From NCBI GenBank assembly GCA_046717125.1, contig JBKJVQ010000070.1, forward strand, positions 1-46,960: a stretch of 46,960 bases of DNA, in the 5' to 3' direction. Below the pieces are notes generated by a model. It was given only the letters and a program-made list of their open reading frames with translations. It had not been told where the DNA came from and searched no databases. This stretch comes from Methyloligellaceae bacterium (GTDB taxonomy: Bacteria; Pseudomonadota; Alphaproteobacteria; Rhizobiales; Methyloligellaceae). Shown here piece after piece: positions 28,560 through 39,450 of this stretch (positions are counted from its first letter, which is position 1; the number at the start of each line of letters is the position of its first letter). The position numbers were made by a program, and so were the translations under genes.

Positions 28560-29459
28560 TCAATTGGGCAGGGTCGGAAAGGTCATCGGCGTCGGCTGGA
28601 AAAAGTCGGCCGACAGCGCCTTCCCCTCGGTGAGATTGCTTAACATGATGCGCGTCTTCAGTCCCTGGGCGTCGTCGATCACCCACTCCTTCAAGCTTAG
28701 CGATGACGCGCTGTCGAAGATGAGCGTAATGTCGCCGCCTTCGCCACGATCCCGGTCAGCGAGCGTCAGTTCCAGCTGGCCGCTTTCCTCTTTGACGCCG
28801 ACGACGCGCGCATCGCGCACAAGATTGACATTCTTCGCCAGCAGCATGCGGAACGGCGTCTTGTCGAGCGGGTAGGTGTCGACGGTCTTCAGGTCGAGAT
28901 CCTCGATCGACAGATTGCGGCCGTCCGCGACGACGCGCAGAGCGCTCGGCGCCAGATAGTCGAAGCGGATGCGGCCCGGCCGCTGCACGTAAAAGCGTCC
29001 GCGCGTACGCTGATCATTGGCGTCGACTTGAACGAACGTTCCCTGCAGATGCGTCATGCTGTTGAAATAGTCGTTGACACGGTCGATCAGCGCGGCCGGA
29101 TTGCCGGCGTTGGGGTTTGCAGCCGCCTGCCTCTGCGGGGCGGGCGTCCCGTCTCCCGCATTCTGCCCGGCGGGTGGTGCGGGCTGGTCGCCTGCTTCCT
29201 GCTCGATCTCGGTGCTCCAGCCTGCGCCTTCGTCAGGCTCGCCCGGTGATGGTGCGACCTGCGGGCGAAGCTGTGCGGGAGGCTGCGCTGGGGCAGAAGG
29301 CTGCGCCGCCCGGTTCGCCGCCGGGGGCTGCTCCCGCGGCGGCGTTTTTTTCTGAATCGAGCTCGATTGCGCCGACGCGTCGCCGATCAACCCGACAGTG
29401 AAAATGAAAAGTGCCGCGAAGGCCGCAAAAACGGACGAGCACGTGAATCTAAGGCTCAT
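28560..29459 (-). CDS. LolA-like (outer-membrane lipoprotein carrier fold) periplasmic protein with a Pro/Ala/Gln-rich linker
   Basis: Signal/TM segment FTCSSVFAAFAALFIFTVGLIGDASA and a low-complexity linker. The C-terminal domain (YFNSMTHLQGTFVQVD...GRFYVQRPGRIRFDY) resembles LolA/LolA-like. Start MSLRF chosen. Confidence 0.72.
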   Translation of the reverse strand: MSLRFTCSSVFAAFAALFIFTVGLIGDASAQSSSIQKKTPPREQPPAANRAAQPSAPAQPPAQLRPQVAPSPGEPDEGAGWSTEIEQEAGDQPAPPAGQNAGDGTPAPQRQAAANPNAGNPAALIDRVNDYFNSMTHLQGTFVQVDANDQRTRGRFYVQRPGRIRFDYLAPSALRVVADGRNLSIEDLDLKTVDTYPLDKTPFRMLLAKNVNLVRDARVVGVKEESGQLELTLADRDRGEGGDITLIFDSASSLSLKEWVIDDAQGLKTRIMLSNLTEGKALSADFFQPTPMTFPTLPN

Positions 29460-29615
29460 GATATCCCCGTGCTGGCCGGCCAGTCGGCCGCGCATTGATC
29501 ATTGCATAGATGATTCAGCCGAAAATCGTCAATCTCGGGGCAGTCCGCGCGACAGGACGTAGCGCGGCGCACGCAATATTGCTAGGTGCGCTTGCGGGGC
29601 GGGAAGGATCAAACC

Positions 29616-30203
29616 ATGCGGCGAGCCGAAATCACGCGGGAAACCAAGGAAACGCGCATCCGGGCCAGCGTCGATCTCGACGGAACCGGCGCGTACGAAA
29701 TAGCGACCGGCATCGGCTTCCTCGATCACATGTTGGAGCAGCTGGCGCGCCACTCCCTGATAGACGTCGCTTTGACGGCTGACGGCGATCTGCACATCGA
29801 TCAGCACCACACGACCGAGGACAGCGGCATTGTGCTGGGTCAGGCGATTGCGAAGGCGCTCGGCGACAAGGCCGGCATCACGCGCTATGCGTCTATCGAC
29901 CTGCCAATGGATGAGACGCTGACCCGCGTTGCGATCGACGTTTCCGGCCGCCCGTTTCTCGTCTGGCGGGTGAATTTCCAGCGCGCCAAGATCGGCGCAT
30001 TCGACACCGAACTCTTCCGTGAATGGTTTCACGCCTTCGCTCAGCACGCAGGCATTACGCTGCACGTCGAAAACGTCTATGGCGAGAACGCCCATCACAT
30101 TGCCGAGACCTGCTACAAGGGTCTCGCGCGTGCGCTGCGCGCCGCAATCGCGCTCGATCCGGCACAGACAGGGCGCGTGCCTTCGACGAAGGGCATGCTG
30201 TAA
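29616..30203 (+). CDS. hisB: Imidazoleglycerol-phosphate dehydratase
   Basis: [29 protein letters not shown] and ENAHHIAE motifs. Start MRRAEI. Confidence 0.93.
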   Translation: MRRAEITRETKETRIRASVDLDGTGAYEIATGIGFLDHMLEQLARHSLIDVALTADGDLHIDQHHTTEDSGIVLGQAIAKALGDKAGITRYASIDLPMDETLTRVAIDVSGRPFLVWRVNFQRAKIGAFDTELFREWFHAFAQHAGITLHVENVYGENAHHIAETCYKGLARALRAAIALDPAQTGRVPSTKGML

Positions 30204-30234
30204 CGGGAACCGGCGCAGGTACGGACAGGACAAG

Positions 30235-30726
30235 ATGAAGCTGTTTACCGTCCATGCCCCGCCGGGCGCGCCCGAAGGGCGCGGCGCGGAAGACTTCGTT
30301 TTCGTCAAGGACGGGTTTTCCTGGCCTGCTTTGTTCGCGCCCCTGCTCTGGCTCCTCTATCACCGCATGTGGATTGAATTCGTCATTGTGCTTGCGCTTG
30401 TCCTGCTACTCGACGCCAGTCTGACGGCGCTCGGGGTCCGTGATGGCGCGTTGGTTTGGGCGGGTTTCACCTTCAACCTCCTGTTCGCCTTCGAGGCGAA
30501 CGATCTCAGGCGCGCACGCCTTACCAGAAAAGGCTGGCGGGACTTCGGCCCCGTCATGGGGGACAACCTTTCCGGCGCGGAACGCGCATTCTTTGCGGAC
30601 TGGCTTGTCCGTCCCGGGCACCTTGTCGCGCCGCCGTCGCGTTCAGCCTTTCCCCATCCCGCGCCAATGACCGGCATGCGCGGCGGCGAAGACGACGTCA
30701 TCGGATCGCTCCCGTTCAGGAGCTGA
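30235..30726 (+). CDS. DUF2628-family membrane protein
   Basis: Starts at the internal ATG 30235: [11 protein letters not shown]...[26 protein letters not shown]. Conserved position between hisB and hisH in Rhizobiales. The track ORF 30019.. is an over-extension overlapping hisB. Confidence 0.75.
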   Translation: MKLFTVHAPPGAPEGRGAEDFVFVKDGFSWPALFAPLLWLLYHRMWIEFVIVLALVLLLDASLTALGVRDGALVWAGFTFNLLFAFEANDLRRARLTRKGWRDFGPVMGDNLSGAERAFFADWLVRPGHLVAPPSRSAFPHPAPMTGMRGGEDDVIGSLPFRS

Positions 30727-30730
30727 GACG

Positions 30731-31381
30731 ATGCATGTCGCGATCATCGATTACGGTTCGGGAAACCTGCATTCAGCATCCAAGGCCTTCGCGCGCGCCG
30801 CTCGCGAATCCGGCTCCAGTCTCTCGATCGAACTGACGTCCGACCCCGATCGCGTCCGCACCGCCGACCGCATCGTGCTGCCGGGCGTCGGCGCATTCGC
30901 CGACTGCCGCGCGGGTCTGCTTTCAGTCGACGGCATGATGCAAGCCATCGACGAGGCGGTGCACGCACAAGCGCGCCCCTTTCTCGGCATCTGCGTCGGC
31001 ATGCAGCTTCTGGCGACGCGCGGGCTCGAACATGGTGATTACCCGGGGCTCGGCTGGATTCCGGGCGAGGTTCGCGCCATCGCTCCGTCCGACCCTTCGC
31101 TGAAGGTCCCGCATATGGGCTGGAACACACTTCGTCAGTCTAAGGAGCATCCGCTTATCGAAGGCATTGCGACCGGAGAGGATGGGCTGCACGCCTATTT
31201 CGTCCACTCGTACCATCTGTCTGCGCGCGATGCGGAAGACGTCGTGGCGACGACCGATTACGGCGGACCGGTCACCGCTCTGGTGGCGCGCGGCAATATC
31301 GCGGGTACGCAGTTTCATCCCGAGAAGTCGCAGCGCCTTGGCCTCGCGCTGATTGCGAACTTTCTGAAGTGGCAGCCATGA
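30731..31381 (+). CDS. hisH: Imidazole glycerol phosphate synthase, glutamine amidotransferase subunit
   Basis: 216 aa with [17 protein letters not shown] (catalytic Cys) and TQFHPEKSQ. Confidence 0.95.
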   Translation: MHVAIIDYGSGNLHSASKAFARAARESGSSLSIELTSDPDRVRTADRIVLPGVGAFADCRAGLLSVDGMMQAIDEAVHAQARPFLGICVGMQLLATRGLEHGDYPGLGWIPGEVRAIAPSDPSLKVPHMGWNTLRQSKEHPLIEGIATGEDGLHAYFVHSYHLSARDAEDVVATTDYGGPVTALVARGNIAGTQFHPEKSQRLGLALIANFLKWQP

Positions 31382-32115
31382 TCCTGTTCCCGGCGATCGA
31401 TCTGAAGGACGGCGTATGCGTTCGCCTCGTGCGCGGGGATATGGCAAAGGCGACGGTCTTCAGCCGCAATCCGGCCGAGCAGGCGAAAAGTTTTCAGGAT
31501 CAGGGCTTTGTCTATCTGCACATCGTTGATCTGAATGGCGCGTTCGCGGGCAGGCCCGCGAATGCCGAAGCGGTCGAGGCGATTCTCGGCGCGGTCCAAA
31601 TCCCGGCGCAGCTCGGCGGCGGCGTTCGCGACATGGCGACGATCGAAGCCTGGCTCGCCAAGGGGATCGCGCGCGTCATTCTGGGTACCGCCGCATTGCG
31701 CAATCCGGCTCTCGTCCGCGACGCCGCCCGCACCTTCCCGGGCCAGGTCGCCGTCGGCATCGACGCGCGCGAGGGTAAGGTCGCCGTCGAGGGCTGGGCG
31801 GAGACGAGTGAGACCGACGCGACCGATCTGGCGAAGATGTTCGAGGACGCAGGCGTTGCCGCCATCATCTATACCGACATCGCCCGGGACGGGGTTCTGG
31901 CCGGGCTCAATCTCGATGCGACCGCGGACCTTGCCCGCGCCGTCTCGATCCCTGTGATCGCCAGCGGCGGCCTTGCCTCGATCGCGGACATCGAGGCGCT
32001 GCTCAGGCCGGAATATGCGATTCTCGAAGGGGCGATTTCCGGGCGCGCGCTCTATGACGGACGGCTCGACGCCAAGGCGGCGCTGGCCCTGATCGCAGCG
32101 GCTGCGCCCGCGTGA
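31378..32115 (+). CDS. hisA: ProFAR isomerase HisA
   Basis: [13 protein letters not shown]-terminus. ATGA overlap with hisH. Confidence 0.95.
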   Translation: MILFPAIDLKDGVCVRLVRGDMAKATVFSRNPAEQAKSFQDQGFVYLHIVDLNGAFAGRPANAEAVEAILGAVQIPAQLGGGVRDMATIEAWLAKGIARVILGTAALRNPALVRDAARTFPGQVAVGIDAREGKVAVEGWAETSETDATDLAKMFEDAGVAAIIYTDIARDGVLAGLNLDATADLARAVSIPVIASGGLASIADIEALLRPEYAILEGAISGRALYDGRLDAKAALALIAAAAPA

Positions 32116-32139
32116 TATGATCCGCGCCGGAGACCGATC

Positions 32140-32610
32140 ATGACGACTGCGACCAAGAAGCCGAAAGTGCCGGTCAAGCCGAAAGCGTCGTACGACGAGG
32201 ACTATTATGGCTGGGCGCTTGAGCAAGCGGCGTTTTTGCGCGCCGGCCAGACCGAAGCGCTTGACCTGGAGAATCTTGCCGAAGAGGTCGAGGATTTGGG
32301 TAAGGGCGAATATCAGAAGCTACGAAGCGCGCTCCATATCCTTCTCCTGCACATGTTGAAATGGGATTACCAGCCGAAGCATCGCTCGCGAAGCTGGGCG
32401 GCGTCCGTTCGCATTCAGAGGCAGGATATCCTGGAACTCATGTCCGAAAACCCGAGCTTGAAACCTCGCTTCGACGACGCTTTTGCGTCCTCATACGCCC
32501 GTGCGCGCTTGTCGGCGGTCAAGGAAACAGACCTTTCGCTGAAATCCTTTTCCGAGAACTGTCCTTACACGCGTGCAGATCTGACCGATCGTCAGTTTCC
32601 GGCCGATTAA
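32140..32610 (+). CDS. DUF29-family protein, copy 1
   Basis: 156 aa. YDEDYYGWALEQAAFLRAG...LDLENLAEEVEDLGK...[19 protein letters not shown]...NCPYT is the canonical DUF29 pattern. Confidence 0.85.
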   Translation: MTTATKKPKVPVKPKASYDEDYYGWALEQAAFLRAGQTEALDLENLAEEVEDLGKGEYQKLRSALHILLLHMLKWDYQPKHRSRSWAASVRIQRQDILELMSENPSLKPRFDDAFASSYARARLSAVKETDLSLKSFSENCPYTRADLTDRQFPAD

Positions 32611-32680
32611 TTGATCGCGGGGGCCAGACCTGATCGCAGCCGCTCCGGCTACGTGATAACATTTGTGCCGGAGACCGATC

Positions 32681-33154
32681 ATGACGGCTGCGACCAAGAA
32701 GCCGAAGGTGCCCCCCGCTAAGCCTGCGTCGGACTACGACGAGGACTTCTATACCTGGCTGAACCAGCAGGCGGCGCTGCTGCGCGCCCGTGCCTTCGAT
32801 GAGCTCGACATCGAGAATCTTGCCGAGGAGATCGAGGACTTGGGGAAGGAGCAGTTCAACAAGCTCGTCAGTGCTTATCGGATCATTCTCTTGCACATGC
32901 TGAAATGGGACCATCAGCCGACACATCGTTCGCGCAGCTGGGCCGGCTCGATCAAGACACAGCGTCTAAGCCTGGTCGCGTTGCTCGAGGATAACCCCGG
33001 GCTGAAGAGCAGAAGGAAAAGCGCAGTAGATCGAGCCTTTCAAATGGCGCGCATCGAAGCTGCGACCGAGACGCGCCTTCCAGAGGCCCAGTTTCCGGCA
33101 AGCTGCGCCTATTCCCTTGACGACATATCCAATCGCAACTTTCCATTTGATTGA
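32681..33154 (+). CDS. DUF29-family protein, copy 2 (tandem paralogue)
   Basis: Starts at [11 protein letters not shown] (32681). [18 protein letters not shown]...[15 protein letters not shown]...[19 protein letters not shown]. Roughly half the residues are identical to copy 1 by eye. Confidence 0.85.
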   Translation: MTAATKKPKVPPAKPASDYDEDFYTWLNQQAALLRARAFDELDIENLAEEIEDLGKEQFNKLVSAYRIILLHMLKWDHQPTHRSRSWAGSIKTQRLSLVALLEDNPGLKSRRKSAVDRAFQMARIEAATETRLPEAQFPASCAYSLDDISNRNFPFD

Positions 33155-33171
33155 TTTGCTACAATCTCCGT

Positions 33172-33936
33172 ATGCTGAAAATCCGCGTCATCCCCTGCCT
33201 CGACGTCAAGGACGGCCGTGTCGTCAAGGGCGTGAACTTCGTGGATCTGCGCGATGCGGGCGATCCGGTTGAGGCGGCCGCGGCCTATGACGAGGCCGGC
33301 GCGGATGAGCTATGTTTCCTCGATATCACAGCCAGCCACGAGAATCGCGCGACGATTTTCGACGTCGTCAGGCGCACTGCGGAGCGCTGTTTCATGCCGC
33401 TGAGCGTGGGCGGCGGCGTGCGCGAGATCGCCGACATCCGAAAACTGCTCGAGGCCGGCGCGGATAAGGTATCGATCAATACGGCCGCCGTGTTCGACCG
33501 CGCCCTTGTCGGCCGGGCGGCGCAGAAATTCGGCTCGCAATGCATCGTCGTCGCGATCGACGCGCGCCGCGCTGGCGACGGACGCTGGGAAATCTTCACG
33601 CACGGCGGACGCAAGCCCACCGGCATCGACGCGGTCGCCTATGCGGGCGAGGTCGCAGGTCTTGGCGCGGGGGAGATCCTGCTCACGGCGATGGATCGCG
33701 ACGGCACGAAGTCGGGCTTTGACCTCGCCCTGACCCGCGCCGTCGCCGATGCCGTGCCCGTGCCCGTCATCGCCAGCGGCGGCGTCGGCACGCTCGATCA
33801 TCTCGTCGAAGGGGTGCAGGAGGGAGGCGCGAGCGCGGTCCTGGCCGCGTCGATCTTCCACTTCGGACAACATTCGATCGGCGAGGCGAAGCGCCATATG
33901 GCGGAGGCCGGTCTCCCGATGCGGATCGCCGCTTGA
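33172..33936 (+). CDS. hisF: Imidazole glycerol phosphate synthase cyclase subunit
   Basis: [21 protein letters not shown]-terminus and [11 protein letters not shown]. Confidence 0.96.
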   Translation: MLKIRVIPCLDVKDGRVVKGVNFVDLRDAGDPVEAAAAYDEAGADELCFLDITASHENRATIFDVVRRTAERCFMPLSVGGGVREIADIRKLLEAGADKVSINTAAVFDRALVGRAAQKFGSQCIVVAIDARRAGDGRWEIFTHGGRKPTGIDAVAYAGEVAGLGAGEILLTAMDRDGTKSGFDLALTRAVADAVPVPVIASGGVGTLDHLVEGVQEGGASAVLAASIFHFGQHSIGEAKRHMAEAGLPMRIAA

Positions 33937-34026
33937 TCTCAAGCGCAACCACGTTATTGCCCGGACTGGCGTGTCGGCACGAATGGCGTATTGTGCGCCG
34001 CACAACACCATGGAAAAGCGAACAAG

Positions 34027-34356
34027 ATGGGGACCGGCGACGAAATCCTGACGCGGCTGACCGCGATCATCCGTGCGCGCCGCGATGCACCGGCCGATGC
34101 GTCCTATACGCGCCGCCTGCTTGATGACGCGCCAAAGCGCCCGGCCAAGAAGCTCGGCGAAGAGGCGGTCGAGACCGTGATCGCGGCTCTCGTGGAGGAC
34201 GACGACGCGTTGCGGGCTGAAGCGGCAGACCTGATCTATCACCTCTTGGTGCTGCTGGAATCGCGCCGCATCGACATCGCCGAGGTGCTGACTACGCTGG
34301 AAAACCGGATCGGCGTTTCGGGCCTGACGGAAAAGGCCGGACGCAAGGCCATCTAA
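34027..34356 (+). CDS. hisE: Phosphoribosyl-ATP pyrophosphatase
   Basis: YTRRLLDD...KKLGEEAVETVIA...EAADLIYHLLVLL. Start MGTGDE chosen. Confidence 0.9.
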   Translation: MGTGDEILTRLTAIIRARRDAPADASYTRRLLDDAPKRPAKKLGEEAVETVIAALVEDDDALRAEAADLIYHLLVLLESRRIDIAEVLTTLENRIGVSGLTEKAGRKAI

Positions 34357-34374
34357 GGGTTTGTCGGGGCATCC

Positions 34375-35328
34375 ATGAACATTTTTTCGACGCCGCCGAT
34401 ATCGCCCTACGCCCAATATCGGCGCGCGGAGTGGGCCCGGTTCGCCGACGACGCAACCATGCCGCTGTCGGAGGCTGAACTCGAGCATGTCAGTGGCCTG
34501 TGTGAGCGCATTTCCGGGCAGGAAGTCGCCGAGGTCTATCTGCCACTCTCGCGCCTGCTCAATCTGCATGTCGAGGCGGTGCAGGGACTGCACTGGGCGC
34601 GCGAACGTTTCCTGCAGAGTTCGACGCGTAAAATGCCCTTTATCATCGGCATGGCGGGCTCGGTCGCGGTCGGCAAGAGCACGTCGGCGCGCGTGCTGCA
34701 GGCGCTGCTGGCGCGATGGCCATCGCACCCAAGAGTCGCGCTCGTTCCGACAGACGGGTTCCTGCTGCCGAACCAGGTGCTGGAGAAACGCGGATTGATG
34801 GGACGCAAGGGGTTCCCGCGCAGTTACGACGTGCGGCGGCTGCGCGCCTTCCTCGCGGACGTGAAGGGCGGCCGCGAGGCCGTATCCGCGCCGGTTTATT
34901 CGCACCTCATCTACGACATCGTGCCGGGTAAAGAGATCGTCGTCGACCGGCCGGACATTCTGATCGTGGAAGGTCTGAACGTCCTCCAGCCGGCGAAGCT
35001 ACCGAGCGCGGGCGACGACATTCCTTATGTTTCGGACTTCTTCGATTTTTCCATCTATCTCGATGCGGACGAAATTCTGATCGAGGACTGGTACGTGACG
35101 CGCTTCCTGCGGCTCAGGGAGACTGCGTTCCGCGATCCTGCCTCCTATTTCCATCGCTACGCTTCGCTATCGGAAGAAGACGCCCGCAAAACAGGCCTTG
35201 GCATCTGGCGCGCCATCAACCTCACCAATCTGAGACAGAATATCCTGCCCACGCGTCAACGCGCGGATCTCATCCTACGCAAGGGCCATGACCATGAGGT
35301 CGAGACGGTGGCGATCAGGAAGCTGTAG
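34375..35328 (+). CDS. coaA: Type I pantothenate kinase
   Basis: 317 aa with P-loop [18 protein letters not shown] and [13 protein letters not shown]. Confidence 0.93.
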   Translation: MNIFSTPPISPYAQYRRAEWARFADDATMPLSEAELEHVSGLCERISGQEVAEVYLPLSRLLNLHVEAVQGLHWARERFLQSSTRKMPFIIGMAGSVAVGKSTSARVLQALLARWPSHPRVALVPTDGFLLPNQVLEKRGLMGRKGFPRSYDVRRLRAFLADVKGGREAVSAPVYSHLIYDIVPGKEIVVDRPDILIVEGLNVLQPAKLPSAGDDIPYVSDFFDFSIYLDADEILIEDWYVTRFLRLRETAFRDPASYFHRYASLSEEDARKTGLGIWRAINLTNLRQNILPTRQRADLILRKGHDHEVETVAIRKL

Positions 35329-35370
35329 CCCGGTTCGCCGAAGGCTAACGCCGCTCTTGGCGAAGGACGC

Positions 35371-36408
35371 TTATTTGAACGGCTCGGGCGCCACCGAATA
35401 GAGCTTGTCGTCGCCGAGGCCGATGGTCAGCCTGAGGCTCGTACGCGAGGCGAACGCATCGTCGTCGCGGATTGAGGTAGAGCGCTCGCTGTCGCCGTAC
35501 TGGATTTGCGGAACCCACGAATAATACTCGTATTCGCTGAACAGCGAGAGCGCCATGCGCGGTGAGATCTGCTTGCGTGTCTCAAGCTTCAGGCCGCCGA
35601 TAAAGGCGACATCGTCATCCGACAGGGAGAGCGCGCGATTGCCGACCAGACTTGCGGTCAGCGCGCCGTCATAGTCGACATCGACGCCGTAAATGCCGGC
35701 ATGGGCGGTTGCGAACGAACGCAGGCCGAACCGGTCCCATAACCCGCCCGGGCCGCCGAGCGAATACTCGCCGCCGGCCGTGACGTAGCCGCCGTAATAA
35801 TTCGCGTCGAGGCGCTCGTCATAGGAGAAGACGTTCGAAGCCTGATCCTTGCCGCCGATCGTCAGATCCTGATCGAGACCGCGAATATCGAAACCGGCGC
35901 CGACCTTGCGTGACTTGAACAGCGCGTTGAATGGCAGCCAGCTCGTCTCGCGCGTGAGCTCGAATGCGGCGCCCCAATGATCAACCTCTCGCCTGCTTCG
36001 GCTTGCGAGATCGCCGACCGCGAGACCCGATTGGGAATTGAGGCCCGAGAACGAGCAGACATTCGAGCCCGAACCACGGCAGACGGACCTGTCCTTGCCG
36101 TCGATGGCGGAATAAAAGCCGCGTACGCCGGCAGTCAGTCCATAGCCGACCGGTGTCTCGACGCTGCCGGAGAATCCGCTGCCATACTCGGAGAATTCGT
36201 TGTCCCTGATACGGCGTTGCGCTTGGCCGGTGGCGTCGGACACGCCCGTGAATTCGACATCGGGCAGGTCGAGATAGGCCGCGCCGCCGCCGAATGAGAT
36301 CGTTGTGCCGTTCACGGTCACGGCCTCCTGCGCAGAGGCTGTCTCTGGTTGGCAGGTCAGCATGGCCGCGGACAATGCCGCGACGGCAAACCAGGCATTC
36401 CTGCGCAT
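35371..36408 (-). CDS. Hypothetical secreted / outer-membrane beta-barrel-like protein
   Basis: Signal peptide MRRNAWFAVAALSAAMLTCQPETASA. The body is Gly/Ser/Asp-rich with alternating patterns and aromatic residues, resembling OM beta-strands. No family was recognised. Confidence 0.55.
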   Translation of the reverse strand: MRRNAWFAVAALSAAMLTCQPETASAQEAVTVNGTTISFGGGAAYLDLPDVEFTGVSDATGQAQRRIRDNEFSEYGSGFSGSVETPVGYGLTAGVRGFYSAIDGKDRSVCRGSGSNVCSFSGLNSQSGLAVGDLASRSRREVDHWGAAFELTRETSWLPFNALFKSRKVGAGFDIRGLDQDLTIGGKDQASNVFSYDERLDANYYGGYVTAGGEYSLGGPGGLWDRFGLRSFATAHAGIYGVDVDYDGALTASLVGNRALSLSDDDVAFIGGLKLETRKQISPRMALSLFSEYEYYSWVPQIQYGDSERSTSIRDDDAFASRTSLRLTIGLGDDKLYSVAPEPFK

Positions 36409-36527
36409 GACGGCATCCTCGACGATTCGCACAGCCTATCAGACGGGGATGTTGCAAGAGACCTCGGCAGGCCATTCTAATGTCGCGGGACGCACGAATT
36501 CTGGTCGATCGTTGCCGTTCTGCCACA

Positions 36528-37526
36528 TCAGGGGAGAAGACCTGCTTCCCGAGCCAGTCCCGACAACGGCGTTTCAGGCCGCGCGCCGAGATGCGTGATG
36601 ATTTCCCCGGCCGCGAGGCTTGCGAGACGCCCGCAATCTTCCAGGGGCAGGCCGCTTGCCAGGCCGTAAAGAAAGCCCGCGGCGTAGAGATCGCCCGCTC
36701 CGGTCGTATCGGTGACGCGTGCAACCGGCGCGGCGGCGATTGGGATGCGGTCCGCCCCCGACACGATCACTGATCCCGCCGCACTGCAGGTGATTGCGGC
36801 AATCTTCGCGTCGCGTCCCGCGTCAGTGCACACGGCTTCGAAATCGTCAGTCTGGTAGAGGGCGCTCGCTTCGTCCTCGTTCGCAAACAGAATGTCGACG
36901 CCGCCCGCGATGAAGGACAGGAATTCCGCCCGGTGCCGCTCGACGCAGAACCTGTCCGAAAGACTGAGCGCGACCAGCCGGCCGGCGTCCTTTGCGATTC
37001 CGGCGGCAAGATGAAAGGCGCGCCGCGCCTCAGGCGGGTCGAACAGATAGCCTTCGAGATAGAGAATTTTTGCGCCGGCGATCATGGCGCTGTCGAGTTC
37101 GCTCGGGCCAAGGCCGGTCGATGCTCCCAGATAGGTGCTCATCGTGCGCTCGCCGTCGGGCGTAACGAGGATCAGGCATCGGCCGGTGGCCTCACTGCCC
37201 TCCGCCGGCGGCGTATCGTAGGCGATTCCGATCGAACCAATGTCATGACGGAAAACATCGCCCAGTTCGTCTCTTGCGACGCGTCCGATGAAGCCCGCCG
37301 AACCGCCGAGCGAGGCGACGCCGGCGACCGTGTTCGCGGCCGATCCGCCCGAAACCTGCACGCCGGGTCCCATGCGCGCATACAGGCGCTCGGCTTCGGC
37401 CGCATCGATCAGGCGCATGCTCGCCTTGATGAGGCCCTCAGCTGCGAGAAAGTCGTCGTCGCAGCGCGCGATAACGTCGACAATCGCATTGCCGATCGCA
37501 ACGACGTCCCTGGTCGATTCGGTCAT
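36528..37526 (-). CDS. PfkB-family sugar/nucleoside kinase (adenosine-kinase-like)
   Basis: VVAIGNAIVDV N-terminus and C-terminal DTTGAGDLYAAGFLYG. Start MTESTRD chosen. Confidence 0.85.
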   Translation of the reverse strand: MTESTRDVVAIGNAIVDVIARCDDDFLAAEGLIKASMRLIDAAEAERLYARMGPGVQVSGGSAANTVAGVASLGGSAGFIGRVARDELGDVFRHDIGSIGIAYDTPPAEGSEATGRCLILVTPDGERTMSTYLGASTGLGPSELDSAMIAGAKILYLEGYLFDPPEARRAFHLAAGIAKDAGRLVALSLSDRFCVERHRAEFLSFIAGGVDILFANEDEASALYQTDDFEAVCTDAGRDAKIAAITCSAAGSVIVSGADRIPIAAAPVARVTDTTGAGDLYAAGFLYGLASGLPLEDCGRLASLAAGEIITHLGARPETPLSGLAREAGLLP

Positions 37527-37625
37527 GATCCCCCGATTGGATGATACGGCGCCCGATGATGCGGCCGCGAGCCAAGCTCCGCCGTTCACTTAGCCCGGCT
37601 GGCAGTCCGGGAGAAGCCCCGCCGG

Positions 37626-38267
37626 TCAGGGATAAAGCCGTGTGCGCGTCCATGGCGCATCGGGGCTCCCGCGCCGGAACACCAGCCGGTCGTGCAACCG
37701 GAAAGGCCGGTCGTGCCAAAACTCGATTTCGAGCGGTACGAGACGATAGCCGCTCCAACGCGGCGGCCTGGGCACATCGCCGGCCCCGAGGCGCATCGTT
37801 ACGGATTCGACCGCCTGCTCCAGCGTGGCCCGGTCCGCGAGCGGCCGGGACTGGAGCGAGGCCCATGCGCCGATCCGGCTCCCGCGCGAGCGGGTCGCGA
37901 AATAACGGTCGGCCTCTTCATCGTTGATCGTGGCGACGCCGCCGCGCATGCGCACCTGGCGCCTCAGGCTCTTCCAGTGCAGGCACAGCGCCGCAGCCGG
38001 AGAGGTCGCCAACTCAACGCCTTTGGTGCTTTCGCTGTTTGTGTAGAAGACAAATCCGCGCCGGTCGAAGCCCTTGAGCAGCACCATCCGCACATTTGGC
38101 GCGCCCGATTCGTCCACGGTCGCGAGTGCCATGGCGTCGGGATCGTTGATCTCGTGCCGGACGGCGTCCTCGAACCAGTCCGCAAACAGACGATCGGGAT
38201 CGCCGGCATCGCTGAAATCGGCCGCCTGCGGCGCAATGTAAAAACCGGCGGCGGGCTGGTCGGTCAT
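37626..38267 (-). CDS. pdxH: Pyridoxamine 5'-phosphate oxidase
   Basis: 213 aa with [21 protein letters not shown] and C-terminal [14 protein letters not shown]. Confidence 0.93.
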   Translation of the reverse strand: MTDQPAAGFYIAPQAADFSDAGDPDRLFADWFEDAVRHEINDPDAMALATVDESGAPNVRMVLLKGFDRRGFVFYTNSESTKGVELATSPAAALCLHWKSLRRQVRMRGGVATINDEEADRYFATRSRGSRIGAWASLQSRPLADRATLEQAVESVTMRLGAGDVPRPPRWSGYRLVPLEIEFWHDRPFRLHDRLVFRRGSPDAPWTRTRLYP

Positions 38268-38388
38268 CTCGCTTCGAAAAAGTTTTCGCGATTTACGCTT
38301 TGCTCACCCTGATAGCGCATCATCCTCATCGTTGATAGGGCAGGGGGCCTTGGTGGGGACCTCCCCGATCGCGTGTCGGGACGGGTGA

Positions 38389-38793
38389 GTGATGGGTACG
38401 TTCCTTTTTGACGCCGCCGGGCGACCGGTTGCGATTGCGGCCGCCGCCCTCGCGGCGGCCGTCCTTCTCGCCCCGCTTGCCGCAGGGGCGCAGTCACCAG
38501 CCAATGCGCTGACGCTGGCGGAACTGAGGGCAGGCCTTGGCGAACTCGACCGCGCACATGCTCTGGGCGCGGTCCAGCTGGCGCTGTCGGAGATTGGCGA
38601 CGGTCAGGCCTATGTGTGGCGCAATCCGGAGCGGCAGCTTACCGGCGTCGTGCAGCCGACCGCGACCTTCCGGGCGGCCAACCGGCAACTGTGCCGCCAT
38701 GTCGTCGTGGCGCTGACCCTCGGCCAATACCGCAAGTCGATCGAAGGTATCGCCTGTCGCGGGCTGAACGGCCGCTGGTCCCTGTCGGGGTAA
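38389..38793 (+). CDS. Small secreted surface-antigen-like protein
   Basis: Signal peptide ending LAAGAQS. The pattern WRNPE...G.V.P...F......CR........G.......G.ACR...G.W resembles COG4520-type surface antigens. Confidence 0.55.
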   Translation: MMGTFLFDAAGRPVAIAAAALAAAVLLAPLAAGAQSPANALTLAELRAGLGELDRAHALGAVQLALSEIGDGQAYVWRNPERQLTGVVQPTATFRAANRQLCRHVVVALTLGQYRKSIEGIACRGLNGRWSLSG

Positions 38794-38796
38794 TCC

Positions 38797-39357
38797 TCAA
38801 AACCACGACTTCAGATCCTTCAGAAATTCCAGCTCCTCCGCCGTGCTTTCCCGGCCGAGGATGCCGTTCCGGTGCGGAAAGCGCCCGAAGCGCGCAATGA
38901 CGTCGCGGTGGCGGATCATGTAGTCGAGATTTTCCTGCAGCCCCAGCGCGCGGTACAGCGCAACGCCCCGCTCCTGCGCGTCGAGATGCTCGGCATGCAT
39001 GAACGGCATGTAGAGAAAGATGCGCGGTTCGTCGCCGAGCGCCTTATCGTAACCCGCCCCGACCGCCGCTTCCGCAGCCGCAAGCGCCGGCTCGTCGCTT
39101 GCGAAGGCGCGCGGCGTACCCCGGAACAGATTACGCGGGATCTGGTCGAGCAGGATGATGCGCGCGAGTGCCCCTTCCGGCGTCTTCGCCCAAGCGTCGA
39201 GACGGCCCGCGCATGCATCCACATGCGCCGCTTCAAATCTGTCCCGAAGCGTCGCGTCGAACGCCGCATCCGGCTTGAACCATTTGCCCCGAACTTCGTC
39301 GCTGAACCAGAAATCCAGCACCTCCGCAGGTGTCACCTGCTGGTTTGCCATCGCCAT
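38797..39357 (-). CDS. DUF924-family protein
   Basis: Real start MAMANQQV at 39357. FWFSDEVRGKWF, ILLDQIPRNLFRG and HRDVIARFGRFPHRN. The 472-aa track ORF is an antisense over-extension across fabI. Confidence 0.85.
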   Translation of the reverse strand: MAMANQQVTPAEVLDFWFSDEVRGKWFKPDAAFDATLRDRFEAAHVDACAGRLDAWAKTPEGALARIILLDQIPRNLFRGTPRAFASDEPALAAAEAAVGAGYDKALGDEPRIFLYMPFMHAEHLDAQERGVALYRALGLQENLDYMIRHRDVIARFGRFPHRNGILGRESTAEELEFLKDLKSWF

Positions 39358-39450
39358 CCCTTCCCGCGCGCCGCCGGTGTATCGCCTTAGCCGCTTCCGC
39401 TTCGCAGATGCGACGCCTATAAGGGGCGCGCAAGCCTTTAGGAGCAGAGC

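Noticed and set aside
35329-35370. Possible bidirectional terminator between coaA and the convergent outer-membrane-like gene
   Set aside because: The stem TTCGCC(G)AAG / CTTGGCGAA is bulged and there is no flanking T/A tract. The evidence is insufficient.
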